Assembly: GCF_000012285.1 (NCBI RefSeq)
Contig: NC_007181.1
Coordinates: 330,001-362,000, forward strand
Length of the DNA stretch: 32,000 nt
DNA from: Sulfolobus acidocaldarius DSM 639
Lineage (GTDB): Archaea > Thermoproteota > Thermoprotei_A > Sulfolobales > Sulfolobaceae
Reading direction: 5' to 3'
The stretch's first letter is position 1; every line of letters starts with the position of its first letter. Under the pieces are notes generated by a model. That model ran no database searches. It was given only the letters and a program-made list of their open reading frames with translations, and was not told the origin of the DNA. Made by a program: the position numbers and the translations under genes. Shown here piece after piece: positions 10,101 through 18,650 of this stretch.

Positions 10101-11164
10101 ACTTCACCACTCTTTGCCATAATTTTACCATCCTCAGAGATAACTACAACTCCTAATTTTAATTTACTCACTCTTTTTAGTTTCTCGAGTGCTCTATCTG
10201 ATACCACTTTCATAACCTTCTGCCGTTCTTCATCTGTGAGATATGATAACCCCTCTGAGATGGAAAGGGATTTCACTATTTTTTGGATTTTTTCCAGGGA
10301 AATGCCTGCTACTACCGACGAGAAAGTCAAAGTCTCTAACCTTGCGTCACCGAATTTACTGTGAGTGTTTAGCATTCCTGCAGCTACCTTAACGAGTTTT
10401 CCGGGTAAACTAACAAGAATCACTTGAGAAAACCCTAACTCCTCAGCTACCTTTAACGATGAACCTACGTTGTCCCCTATCTTGATGACTTTATCACCGT
10501 AAATTTCCCTAGCGAACTTAAAACTAGTATTCCCTGGAGCAAGGACTAAAGTTTTATGACCTGTACTTTTTACTACACACGCTTCAGACTTTATATGCTC
10601 GATATAATCCTCATCACTTACAGGATATTCAATTCCTGTAGTACCAAGTATTGAAATACCTCCTTCAACTCCAACTAAAGGGTTCATAGTGTTCTTTGCC
10701 AACTCCTCTCCCTTAGGTACATATAATTTTACGTAAACACCAGAACTTACCACTTCCTTTACAGCGTCAATAATCATCTGTTTAGCTATTGGACTAATGG
10801 ATTTATCTCCCACATCTCCTTTAAGTCCAGGTCTAGTTATTGTGCCCACCCCTTCTTCTGCTGTAATGGTTATAGTCTGAGAGTTACTCCTACCTGAACA
10901 CGCAATAATTTCAAGACCGTCAAGTATATCAGGATTGTCCCCAGAAAACTTCTTTGCAGAGGCACAAAACTCACTCTCTTTTCTACTGTAATTTCCCACT
11001 GATATCTCTAGTCTCAGACCAATAGGCGTTGGGATGGTGACAGTTTTTGGTGTTTCGTTTTTAATCAAAAAGATAACTGAAGCCTTTGATGCTGCTGCGG
11101 CAGTTGCACCAGTAGTTATTCCAAATCTCTTAAGTGTTGACATCAAGGCTGTATTTCCTCTCAT
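10097..11164 (-). CDS. cbiD: Cobalt-precorrin-5B C1-methyltransferase
   Basis: LKRFGITTGATAAAASKAS, KNPLVG-like and TGIEYPVSDEDYIEHI motifs of CbiD. Real start may be at MSTLKRFG. Confidence 0.92.
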   Translation of the reverse strand: MRGNTALMSTLKRFGITTGATAAAASKASVIFLIKNETPKTVTIPTPIGLRLEISVGNYSRKESEFCASAKKFSGDNPDILDGLEIIACSGRSNSQTITITAEEGVGTITRPGLKGDVGDKSISPIAKQMIIDAVKEVVSSGVYVKLYVPKGEELAKNTMNPLVGVEGGISILGTTGIEYPVSDEDYIEHIKSEACVVKSTGHKTLVLAPGNTSFKFAREIYGDKVIKIGDNVGSSLKVAEELGFSQVILVSLPGKLVKVAAGMLNTHSKFGDARLETLTFSSVVAGISLEKIQKIVKSLSISEGLSYLTDEERQKVMKVVSDRALEKLKRVSKLKLGVVVISEDGKIMAKSGEV

Positions 11165-11885
11165 ACCCTCTTGGCGTCAATATTCTATTTCCCCACAAAT
11201 AGCTACGTGAATTCCCAACAACCACTGTAGTAATCATGTTAATTTTATCTTCGTATTCTCTCCAGTTCGAGAGCGTCGTGGTAAATACCTCTTCTGACTC
11301 CCTATAAGCACCTTTCACTATTCCCACTGGAGTCTCAGGCTTCCTATACTCTGAAATAATTTTCATGGCTTTTTCAAGAAGAGGCTTATTTATAGGGTTA
11401 TACAGGACTATTACAAAATCTGCCTCTGCAGCTTTTCTCACCCTGAATAGGATATCCTCCGCAGGGACTAGTAAGTCACTCAGACTAATTGAGGCGAAAT
11501 CCATTGATAGCGGTGAACCAAGTCTAGATGCTGCAGCTAACCCTGCAGTAACACCGGGAATTACCTCAAAGTCTACCTGAATTTTATTCTTATACATCAT
11601 TTCCAAAGTAATTCCAGCCATTCCGTAAACTTGTGGATCGCCACTTGAAATAAGAGAGACAACATTTCCTTCCATGGCTTTTTCCAAGGCTGTTCTAGCC
11701 CTATAGATCTCCTCTTTCATTCTGGCAGTTATGACTTCCTTACCGTCAGTTAGGTCTTTCACTAAATCAGCATAAGTGGTGTAAGCAACGATTACATTAC
11801 TCTCCTTTATGGCTTGAACTGCTCTAATCGTTCTCATCTCTGGTGAACCAGGACCTACACCAACAATATACAATTTGCCCTTCAT
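11130..11885 (-). CDS. cbiH: Cobalt-precorrin-3B C17-methyltransferase
   Basis: LYIVGVGPGSPEMRTIRAVQAIKESNVIVAYTTY, SSGDPQVYGMAG, VIPGVTAGLAAASRLGSPLSMDFASISLSD. Confidence 0.92.
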   Translation of the reverse strand: MKGKLYIVGVGPGSPEMRTIRAVQAIKESNVIVAYTTYADLVKDLTDGKEVITARMKEEIYRARTALEKAMEGNVVSLISSGDPQVYGMAGITLEMMYKNKIQVDFEVIPGVTAGLAAASRLGSPLSMDFASISLSDLLVPAEDILFRVRKAAEADFVIVLYNPINKPLLEKAMKIISEYRKPETPVGIVKGAYRESEEVFTTTLSNWREYEDKINMITTVVVGNSRSYLWGNRILTPRGYERKYSLDVNT

Positions 11886-12883
11886 ATCCTGACCCTCCTA
11901 ATTAGTTCATTAATTATTGCAACTGCAATATTACTTCCACCATAACTTCCCCTTACTACTATACATGGAATACCACTTTTTATCAGTTGTTCTTTTACTT
12001 CGCTTGCGTTAGTAAATCCTGGAGGAGATGCAACAACTAACGGAATGTCAACCTTTCTTTCCTCATGAATTCTTAACACCTCTAACAAAGCAGTAGGTGC
12101 ATTACCTATTACAACAATCTTTGATGAGTTTAGCCCAAGTCTCATTGCAGCTGCAGTCCTGGTTATACCCATTTTTTTAGCTAATTCTGATGAGTTATCA
12201 AGGTAATTCTCGACCTGTTCCCACCTAATACCGGCTTTCACCATTTTAACATCAGTTAGTATCGATATACCTGATCTCAAAGCTTCTAGACCACTCCCTA
12301 TTGCATCATAAGATATGTATACATGTTTAGCTAATTCAAAGTTCCCAGATGCGTAGACAGCCCTTGCGATTACCTCTAGCTCTTCATCATTAAAAACGCT
12401 GAAAATTTCTCTTAATTTCTCTCTTATCATGTTCATAGTATTTTCCTCAATCTCCTCAGGGTCTTCAATATAATGACCTTCTTCAACGTCCTTAAATGCG
12501 GATTTTATCCTGTAAAAAATAGCAAGTTTAACTAGTTCAGAATCTGCTAAAGGTTTGGTTATATATGCATAAATCCTCTTTCCGTTGTATGTTGTCTCAC
12601 TCCATCTGTAAAAGTCAGAAACGTTTAACTCGCCCATAATGTCATGGGCGACGTGATTTCCCCTGCCGAGAAATGCTAAGGCAAAAATAAAATGATCATA
12701 ACCATGTGATAAAAGTTCATTTAACCGCGTACGCCAATTAGGTTCAGTGAATTCATTATGTGTTAGATAAACTGGAATTCCCAGTTTCCTTTCCACATAC
12801 GATGTGACCTCTCCCATATCTTCAACAAACGTATTCCTTCTAGAACCATGAGTTAAAATTAAAACTGCAGTATTTTCTCGCAT
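11882..12883 (-). CDS. cbiX-cbiC: Fusion of CbiX-type sirohydrochlorin cobaltochelatase and CbiC-type cobalt-precorrin-8 methylmutase
   Basis: N-terminal half VLILTHGSRR...LAFLGRGNHVAHDI (CbiX); C-terminal half ARAVYASGNFELAKHVYIS...GSGLEALRSGISILTDVKMVKAGI and PPGFTNASEVKE (CbiC). ATG at 12883 (MRENTAVLIL) is preferred over the tracked 12925 start. Confidence 0.88.
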   Translation of the reverse strand: MRENTAVLILTHGSRRNTFVEDMGEVTSYVERKLGIPVYLTHNEFTEPNWRTRLNELLSHGYDHFIFALAFLGRGNHVAHDIMGELNVSDFYRWSETTYNGKRIYAYITKPLADSELVKLAIFYRIKSAFKDVEEGHYIEDPEEIEENTMNMIREKLREIFSVFNDEELEVIARAVYASGNFELAKHVYISYDAIGSGLEALRSGISILTDVKMVKAGIRWEQVENYLDNSSELAKKMGITRTAAAMRLGLNSSKIVVIGNAPTALLEVLRIHEERKVDIPLVVASPPGFTNASEVKEQLIKSGIPCIVVRGSYGGSNIAVAIINELIRRVRI

Positions 12884-13099
12884 TATGATGGATAGGGTAT
12901 CCAAACATATAAACTTATGGCACAAACACGAATCTCTATAAAATTAAAATCGGAAGCACTATTTATAAAGCGTCATAGATTACATTAGTTACGTTAAGAC
13001 TGTAAAAATTCCCTCTATTTAGTCACATGTAACTTGTTCAGAAAGGCACTCTACATCTTACACATACAATAAACCTGAACTTGTAATCCCTTACCTTGA

Positions 13100-13756
13100 C
13101 TAACTTAATTTTACATAGACTATACTCATGTCACTGAATTTCAAGTCCATATCCAATATTTCCTTTGCCATGAAATGATTAACCTTTTCGTCACTGAAAC
13201 TGAGCCTCTCCATCACAACCATTTCAGGATTTAGACCCAAACCAACTAACCTCTCCGCTATCTTCTTTACTCCATATGAATAAGGTTCTGGGATTATCAA
13301 TAGATCCCTGCCCAAGGCTATACTCTTATCTATTTCAGTGTAATCTAATTCCCCTCTAATATGAAAAGTCATAAAGACTACCTGAGATAAATCCTTCTCA
13401 ACTAAAGCCAAAGCCCTCAATACAGAGGATATCCCAGGTACAACTTCATATTTAACATCAAACTGTCTGCATGATTCCCTGATCCTTCCAACGAACTGAA
13501 AATCAGAGACTGAGGGGTCGCCATGGTCTAATATAGCAACATCTTGTTCTCTGGCTCGTTTTACCAAATCGGGTATTTGCCTATCCTGGTCTTTATAATT
13601 TAGATATACTACCTCTTTTCCTGATAAATTAAATCTAGAAACTACACTCTGCCAACCGGCAACTATTTTACACTTCTCTATAATCTTTAGAGCCTTAAGT
13701 GTTATTAATTCAGGGTCTCCTGCACCTACACCCACTATGTAGAGCGTTTCAAACAC
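13100..13756 (-). CDS. cbiE: Cobalt-precorrin-7 C5-methyltransferase
   Basis: LYIVGVGAGDPELITLKALKIIEKCKIVAG, LDHGDPSVSDF, YEVVPGISSV. Confidence 0.88.
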   Translation of the reverse strand: MFETLYIVGVGAGDPELITLKALKIIEKCKIVAGWQSVVSRFNLSGKEVVYLNYKDQDRQIPDLVKRAREQDVAILDHGDPSVSDFQFVGRIRESCRQFDVKYEVVPGISSVLRALALVEKDLSQVVFMTFHIRGELDYTEIDKSIALGRDLLIIPEPYSYGVKKIAERLVGLGLNPEMVVMERLSFSDEKVNHFMAKEILDMDLKFSDMSIVYVKLS

Positions 13757-14726
13757 CTGCTATTGCAACTGTTATTTTGCTCTTATAACTTATTTTCCTT
13801 AAGATCAACTTCGCAGAAGGACCTCCTGCTATGAATGCGCTGATCTCAGCTACGCCCTTTATTCCGAGTTCCTCCAATTTCTCACTAGGTGGGGTTAAAC
13901 ATTCGTCATTAAATGAATTTATAGTCTCCCAGTCGATCTTTTGAAACGGAATATTCAGACTTTTAGAGACTTCCTCTACAACCTCCCTTACTGAAGCTAT
14001 CTTCAACACCCTGTCCAATCCTACTTTCAACTGACCTAGAGCAAAATATATTGCCTCCTTAATTTCCTCGACAGAGGCTTCTTTCTTTGCACCTATTCCA
14101 ACATACAATTTCAATGGTCTGAGATAAACAGTGTTGTCGTCACCCATGTTCTCGTTTCCGTCCTTAATAACTTTAACAAAGTACTTACATTCAGCATCTT
14201 TACCTAAAACGTAATTGCCCTTAACTACTGGTAAAGAGTTCACGCCCTCAACACATACCTTTTCTCCCCTAATTAAAGCTGAGGTTACCCTGACTATCGC
14301 GTTAACATTAATCACCTTGCATATTAGTAAATTTGCCAACTCTTCTACGCTAGTCACCTGGTTTATCTCACTTGCTGTGGTTATTACGGGCGTGGCGTTT
14401 AATATTCTGGATATCTCAGAGGCGAGTTGGTTTGAACCCCAGTGGGAGCCCAACAAAGGAATAACAAACTTCAGGGAGTCATCAACTGCAATAACGGAGG
14501 GATCTACGTCTTTACTCTTAGCATACTTACATACAGTCCTTACAACTCCACCTAATGCCATAACGAAAACTAGTGCATCATAACAATTCCAAATCTTGCC
14601 TAACAAATTATCGTCATATTTAAAAAGCACACTTGGGTACTCTTTCTTAATAATGTTCCAGAGCTTTCTTGCACTGTCCTCAGCTGTAGCGTAAATTACT
14701 GCTATCCCTCTCCTCCAGTATATCAC
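13749..14726 (-). CDS. cbiG: Cobalt-precorrin-5A hydrolase
   Basis: [54 protein letters not shown]...CbiG signatures. Confidence 0.9.
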   Translation of the reverse strand: MIYWRRGIAVIYATAEDSARKLWNIIKKEYPSVLFKYDDNLLGKIWNCYDALVFVMALGGVVRTVCKYAKSKDVDPSVIAVDDSLKFVIPLLGSHWGSNQLASEISRILNATPVITTASEINQVTSVEELANLLICKVINVNAIVRVTSALIRGEKVCVEGVNSLPVVKGNYVLGKDAECKYFVKVIKDGNENMGDDNTVYLRPLKLYVGIGAKKEASVEEIKEAIYFALGQLKVGLDRVLKIASVREVVEEVSKSLNIPFQKIDWETINSFNDECLTPPSEKLEELGIKGVAEISAFIAGGPSAKLILRKISYKSKITVAIAGV

Positions 14727-15553
14727 AGCTCTCCCTCAAATACATAAATTCTTTTTACCTCGCTGTCCTTTACCCCTCTTGCCATACCAATAGTATTATA
14801 ATAAGCAGATACGAAACCCTTGCTGTCTAGTCCGATCATTCCTATGTTGTCCTTACCGAAAATCGAGGTCACCTTATTTATAACGCTTCTTATGGAGTCA
14901 TCAATAGAAATACCTAAGGATACAAGAATATCAACTTCTTTAGCAGGTAATGTCCTGAGTATAATTTCTCCTATTCCAGTGGAGGAAACTGCAACTCTCT
15001 CGGTTGCGTAAAAACCTGCCCCAGGTATAGGCGAATCTCCAACCCTTCCGGGTAATTTCCCCGAAATCCCACCAGTACTAGTTCCTGCAACCAGATTACC
15101 TTCTTTATCAAGTGCTACTGCACCCACAGTGTCGCCTGATCTTAGGGGAGACGTAATTGAAGTTTCTATGGTGACAAGGGATTCCTCTCCTCTATTACCT
15201 ACCAATAGCACATGTCTTCCGTTCTTGAGAACTTTTAGAGCTTCCCTTATTGGGTTTTTAACTTTGACAGAAGCTACAGCACCAACCCTTAATGTGTTAC
15301 CATGCATTATCCCTGCATCCATCTCGACCTCGCCTTTGGAATTTTTCACACTTCCCACGCCTGCATCGAATACTCCGCAATCCTCCATGTAAGCTATAGC
15401 TTCCACAACAGCTTCGAGACTTGATCCCCTCTTAAATTCATCATAACCCCTTTCAAGAGCTTTCTCCAGTTCAACTAAAGCTCTTTCATGATTCCTCTTA
15501 TCCCAATTCCCAGCTCCACCATGGATACCTAAAATAGGAACTTTATATTTCAT
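14723..15553 (-). CDS. Isoaspartyl peptidase / plant-type L-asparaginase (Ntn-hydrolase)
   Basis: [10 protein letters not shown], autocleavage region [44 protein letters not shown] at 15553 ([13 protein letters not shown]) preferred. Confidence 0.92.
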   Translation of the reverse strand: MKYKVPILGIHGGAGNWDKRNHERALVELEKALERGYDEFKRGSSLEAVVEAIAYMEDCGVFDAGVGSVKNSKGEVEMDAGIMHGNTLRVGAVASVKVKNPIREALKVLKNGRHVLLVGNRGEESLVTIETSITSPLRSGDTVGAVALDKEGNLVAGTSTGGISGKLPGRVGDSPIPGAGFYATERVAVSSTGIGEIILRTLPAKEVDILVSLGISIDDSIRSVINKVTSIFGKDNIGMIGLDSKGFVSAYYNTIGMARGVKDSEVKRIYVFEGEL

Positions 15554-15689
15554 AATTACTAGAGAAGGAGAACACATAAAAATTATTCGTGTCTTGGATA
15601 ATTACTCTTCAGAACGTGTTCATAAAGTGCATTCGGACTTTATATCCCGTAAATTTTTTCATAACACTAGAAAAATTAGTATAGTTAGG

Positions 15690-15739
15690 ATGATGTACTT
15701 TCACCCTCACTGAAAGGTGAGGATGAGTCCGACTACTGA
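15690..15739 (+). ncRNA. Candidate C/D-box sRNA (2'-O-methylation guide), core from C box to D box
   Basis: C box ATGATGT (15690-15696), 13-nt guide ACTTTCACCCTCA, D' CTGA (15710-15713), 3-nt spacer, C' GTGAGGA (15717-15723), 12-nt guide TGAGTCCGACTA, D CTGA (15736-15739). Box order and spacing match archaeal dual-guide sRNAs. Confidence 0.72.
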
Positions 15740-15778
15740 CGCAATAGAAAACTCAAGGAGGGATTAACATTCACGTTT

Positions 15779-15827
15779 TCAGTAAGGCCAGGTGCGCTCA
15801 CTAATCGCCTACTGGTGATATCATCAT
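15779..15827 (-). ncRNA. Candidate C/D-box sRNA, C box overlapping the stop codon of the upstream CDS
   Basis: Minus strand: perfect C box ATGATGA (15827-15821), 12-nt guide TATCACCAGTAG, degenerate D' GCGA (15808-15805), 3-nt spacer, C'-like GTGAGCG (15801-15795), 12-nt guide CACCTGGCCTTA, D CTGA (15782-15779). Confidence 0.62.
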
Positions 15828-17152
15828 GAAGAGTATACTGTTGCGTAAACTATGCCCCAATTAGCATATGAACCCCCTGTATTTCCGCCTATAGCAAAAG
15901 TGTATTGTCCTGCAGAATATTTAAGACCTACGTTATACGATAGAGTAGCGGTCTCACCACTATTTAAATCAGTAACTTGAGTGTATAACCATCCAGTGGA
16001 TGGGTTATAAGTAGCTTTCATGCAGACGTAAAAGTAATTGGAAGTCTGTTGAATTCCAAAACCGTTATTACCAAGTGGACCATATGGTGTAATACTACTT
16101 ATATACCCATTATTTGACGTTACGTTAAATAAATTGAAAACAGATGCACTACTTGCTCCAGATTCTATCCAATAAGGATCCCATTGTACCATAAAATAAT
16201 CTCCATTAGAATAAGGAAATATTAGTAAACCTTGTGCGTATAGCAATTCGCTTCCTATTGACGGATCTGATACATAATTTACAATACTCCCATTACGAAT
16301 ATATACAGGGTTCATGAAAAAGTAAATTTCGAATCCATCTGCAGGAGTATTTGAACCTGCACCAAAACCTCCAATTAAAAATACAGTAACATTTTTATTT
16401 TGCTGAGTAGTATAATTGAAAAATATTAGACCTTGATCATAGGTTGGTATAACTGAAGACATGCCTGAAGATATGGGTACAACTAATTCTAAGGATTGCT
16501 GATAATAATTTGGTGACCAACCAGACGGAGACGTTATTATGGGAATGTTATTATAATATAATCCGATAATTGACCCAAGTCCATAATAGTCTAATGATCC
16601 CATCTGCCTATCTCCGTCTAGGTAATTGAATATATTAGCTGAAGGCATCTTTGTTAACGAAACAGCCAATTGATAGTTATATATTGAATTTATTGATGTC
16701 GTAAAATTAATGTAAAGATTGTGGGTGAGTGGAAAACTTGTTAACCCGTTTGCAGACTCTAACAGTAAATAATTACCTGAGTAGGCGTTTACTGGTAAGC
16801 TATAAGTCGATGTGGAGTTTCTTAAGTATAGAGAAGCTCCTTGCAAATTAGAGTTGCCATTAACATAAGATTTTGTGGAAAGACTGAAATTAAGAATAGG
16901 AGTGTTCAACAGATTATAACTGTTTTGTGTAGATTGAACTGTGATTGCTGGCACATTTTCACTGTAAACTCCGTTATTAACTGTTGGTGTGATTAAAGAA
17001 GAATAATCTGGCAAACAAGAGTTTACCAAATTTTTCAGAGACACGAGAACAAAGGGTGTAAAAATTAGCTGAGCCTGAAAGAAGTAGTACACAGATGCTG
17101 ACGTTATAACGAGAGCTACAAATAATAGAGGCAACAAGAAGTAACGCCTCAA
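15824..17152 (-). CDS. Secreted/anchored 442-aa protein with Thr/Ser/Asn-rich N-terminal beta region and L-type-lectin-like (ConA-like) C-terminal half; candidate filament tip/adhesin
   Basis: N-terminal hydrophobic signal MRRYFLLPLLFVALVITSASVYYFF; many N-x-S/T sequons; ...GSNTPADGFEIYFFMNP... resembles the ADG-xxF strand of legume/L-type lectins. TTG start overlaps the previous stop (TTGA). Confidence 0.65.
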   Translation of the reverse strand: MRRYFLLPLLFVALVITSASVYYFFQAQLIFTPFVLVSLKNLVNSCLPDYSSLITPTVNNGVYSENVPAITVQSTQNSYNLLNTPILNFSLSTKSYVNGNSNLQGASLYLRNSTSTYSLPVNAYSGNYLLLESANGLTSFPLTHNLYINFTTSINSIYNYQLAVSLTKMPSANIFNYLDGDRQMGSLDYYGLGSIIGLYYNNIPIITSPSGWSPNYYQQSLELVVPISSGMSSVIPTYDQGLIFFNYTTQQNKNVTVFLIGGFGAGSNTPADGFEIYFFMNPVYIRNGSIVNYVSDPSIGSELLYAQGLLIFPYSNGDYFMVQWDPYWIESGASSASVFNLFNVTSNNGYISSITPYGPLGNNGFGIQQTSNYFYVCMKATYNPSTGWLYTQVTDLNSGETATLSYNVGLKYSAGQYTFAIGGNTGGSYANWGIVYATVYSS

Positions 17153-17688
17153 GGGGGTACACCCCTAACTAGACTATCAGTCCCATAAGAATAGTACATG
17201 GTCAAGGAAAAACTGGATATCTGATAGGAGCCAGTGAAGTAAACTACAAAACTAACGTTATAAACCTGGTTCTGATAAACCTTTAATGGGGACTGGGAGA
17301 GAGGATAAATAGTATATGTCAAGGTTTTGGTTGAGTTTTTCAATATCATATTTACCTTATATACCATGTTCTGAGAAGCAATTGTCACGTTAGATATGTA
17401 AAAGTATCCATTGGAGTTTACTAATATCTTAAGTACATTCAGAAAATAAGCTTGAGTAGAATTAGTTATATAGAAATATAATGAGACCTTACCTTGAGAA
17501 ATCTGAGAATAAGCAAACTGGCTTACACTTAAGCCCAAAATCACTATCGGCGAATTACGGTATGATATTGTATTTGTAGACGTATAAAAAAGCACGTAAT
17601 CAGATAAGGTAGTCAGAACAAATGAGGACGCAAGCACAAGGACTAATATTAAAAAAACTTTTTTTAGTTTATCCAAAACCCCTGCCAC
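17149..17688 (-). CDS. Exported 179-aa protein, apparent paralog of the 206-aa thread-subunit-like protein; candidate minor subunit
   Basis: GTG start 10 nt after the stop of the 206-aa gene; signal-like VFLILVLVLASSFVLTTLSDYVLFY; internal match ITNSTQAYFLNVLKILVNSNGYFYISNV vs ITNATYNYYFNFMGLAVSKTGYIYLAKV. Confidence 0.68.
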   Translation of the reverse strand: MAGVLDKLKKVFLILVLVLASSFVLTTLSDYVLFYTSTNTISYRNSPIVILGLSVSQFAYSQISQGKVSLYFYITNSTQAYFLNVLKILVNSNGYFYISNVTIASQNMVYKVNMILKNSTKTLTYTIYPLSQSPLKVYQNQVYNVSFVVYFTGSYQISSFSLTMYYSYGTDSLVRGVPP

Positions 17689-17698
17689 CTTGTCCTTT

Positions 17699-18319
17699 TT
17701 ATGGTGAGGGTAGAGGTATAGGTGGTGGAGATGCTGTCATTGGCGAAAATCCGAAGTTGACTGTTATTGTAGCTAGATCATTAGAGGGAGTCTTTGGCAG
17801 GGTTCCCTGATATGGAACTATTAGTAGGCTCACGATGTAACTCCCAGAATTAATTTGTAATGGGGTGCTAGGTAGGGTACTGTTAACTACACCATTCACG
17901 ATTAATTTATATTTGTAGACAATTTGCCCTTGTTGATTCATTATATATAGTGTGGCATTCTGAATAGGATTATTAGTTGCTGTATACGAATATGCTACTT
18001 TTGCTAGATATATATAGCCTGTCTTGCTAACCGCTAATCCCATAAAGTTGAAGTAGTAATTGTACGTTGCATTCGTGATATTTACTTGAGCAGTAAATCC
18101 GCTTCCGCCAGAGGAGGGTTGAGCATTAATATAACTTGGAACATTAGAGTTATTTCCAATTTTAGCGTTACCATTTGGCTGTATCGCAAAATACATTGGT
18201 GGGGCTACATTACCGACAGTTATTTGCCCTTGGTAGTAGTAAATTACGTCTGCAACTAGCACTGGAACAAAAACAGATACAAGAAATACCGACAACAGAA
18301 GAAGTCTCTTCTTATTCAT
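17699..18319 (-). CDS. Thread-filament-subunit-like exported protein (class I signal peptide, beta-rich, glycosylation sequons)
   Basis: 206 aa: MNKKRLLLLSVFLVSVFVPVLVA|DVIYYYQGQITVGNVAPPMYF..., length and features as I recall for the S. acidocaldarius thread protein Saci_0406; Pro-rich C-terminus SPPPIPLPSP. Identity from memory, not from a search. Confidence 0.72.
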   Translation of the reverse strand: MNKKRLLLLSVFLVSVFVPVLVADVIYYYQGQITVGNVAPPMYFAIQPNGNAKIGNNSNVPSYINAQPSSGGSGFTAQVNITNATYNYYFNFMGLAVSKTGYIYLAKVAYSYTATNNPIQNATLYIMNQQGQIVYKYKLIVNGVVNSTLPSTPLQINSGSYIVSLLIVPYQGTLPKTPSNDLATITVNFGFSPMTASPPPIPLPSP

Positions 18320-18338
18320 AATGCTCTACTGGACTACC

Positions 18339-18350
18339 TATTTTTAAATT
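18339..18350 (-). promoter_or_regulatory. Probable TATA box for the thread-subunit-like gene (leaderless transcript)
   Basis: Minus-strand AATTTAAAAATA centred about 26 nt upstream of the ATG at 18319, with no Shine-Dalgarno upstream of the ATG. Confidence 0.55.
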
Positions 18351-18650
18351 TGCGTTAAAAAGTTTTTTACCCCTGCTCTGAAGTAACTAAATTAAGTAAG
18401 ATATTTTACCTTTTATCTTTCTTTCAAATTGTTAATTAAACTTTAAATGAAAATCTATATATTTCGACAGATGAATATTCATATACTTATTCACATAAGC
18501 TATCTTTGTGTTTGATTTTAATGAAAGTATAACTTTAACTTTTTCATCTGTTAGTATAAAGAACTGTTACGTCGTTTTACGGAATCAAATTCCCCATTAG
18601 GGTCTAACATTGAAGAACATAATAATATTGAGGACTAAATTAAAGAGAAT

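Noticed and set aside
8109-11580. Plus-strand ORFs at 8109, 9008, 9649 and 11365 inside the cbi genes
   Set aside because: All lie antisense to confidently identified cobalamin genes and show no recognisable motif.
12926-13099. Possible cobalamin riboswitch between cbiE and the cbiX-cbiC fusion
   Set aside because: I could not find a B12-box-like conserved core, and archaeal cbi operons are not typically riboswitch-controlled. TATA-like sequence (ACATATAAAC on the plus strand, complement upstream of 12883) explains expression.
14215-15392. ORFs at 14215..14583 (+), 14820..15011 (+) and 15129..15392 (+)
   Set aside because: Antisense shadows of cbiG and the isoaspartyl peptidase.
17622-17810. 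Plus-strand 62-aa ORF across the 179-aa/206-aa junction
   Set aside because: Antisense to both exported-protein genes and without domain-like features. Operon structure on the minus strand explains the region.
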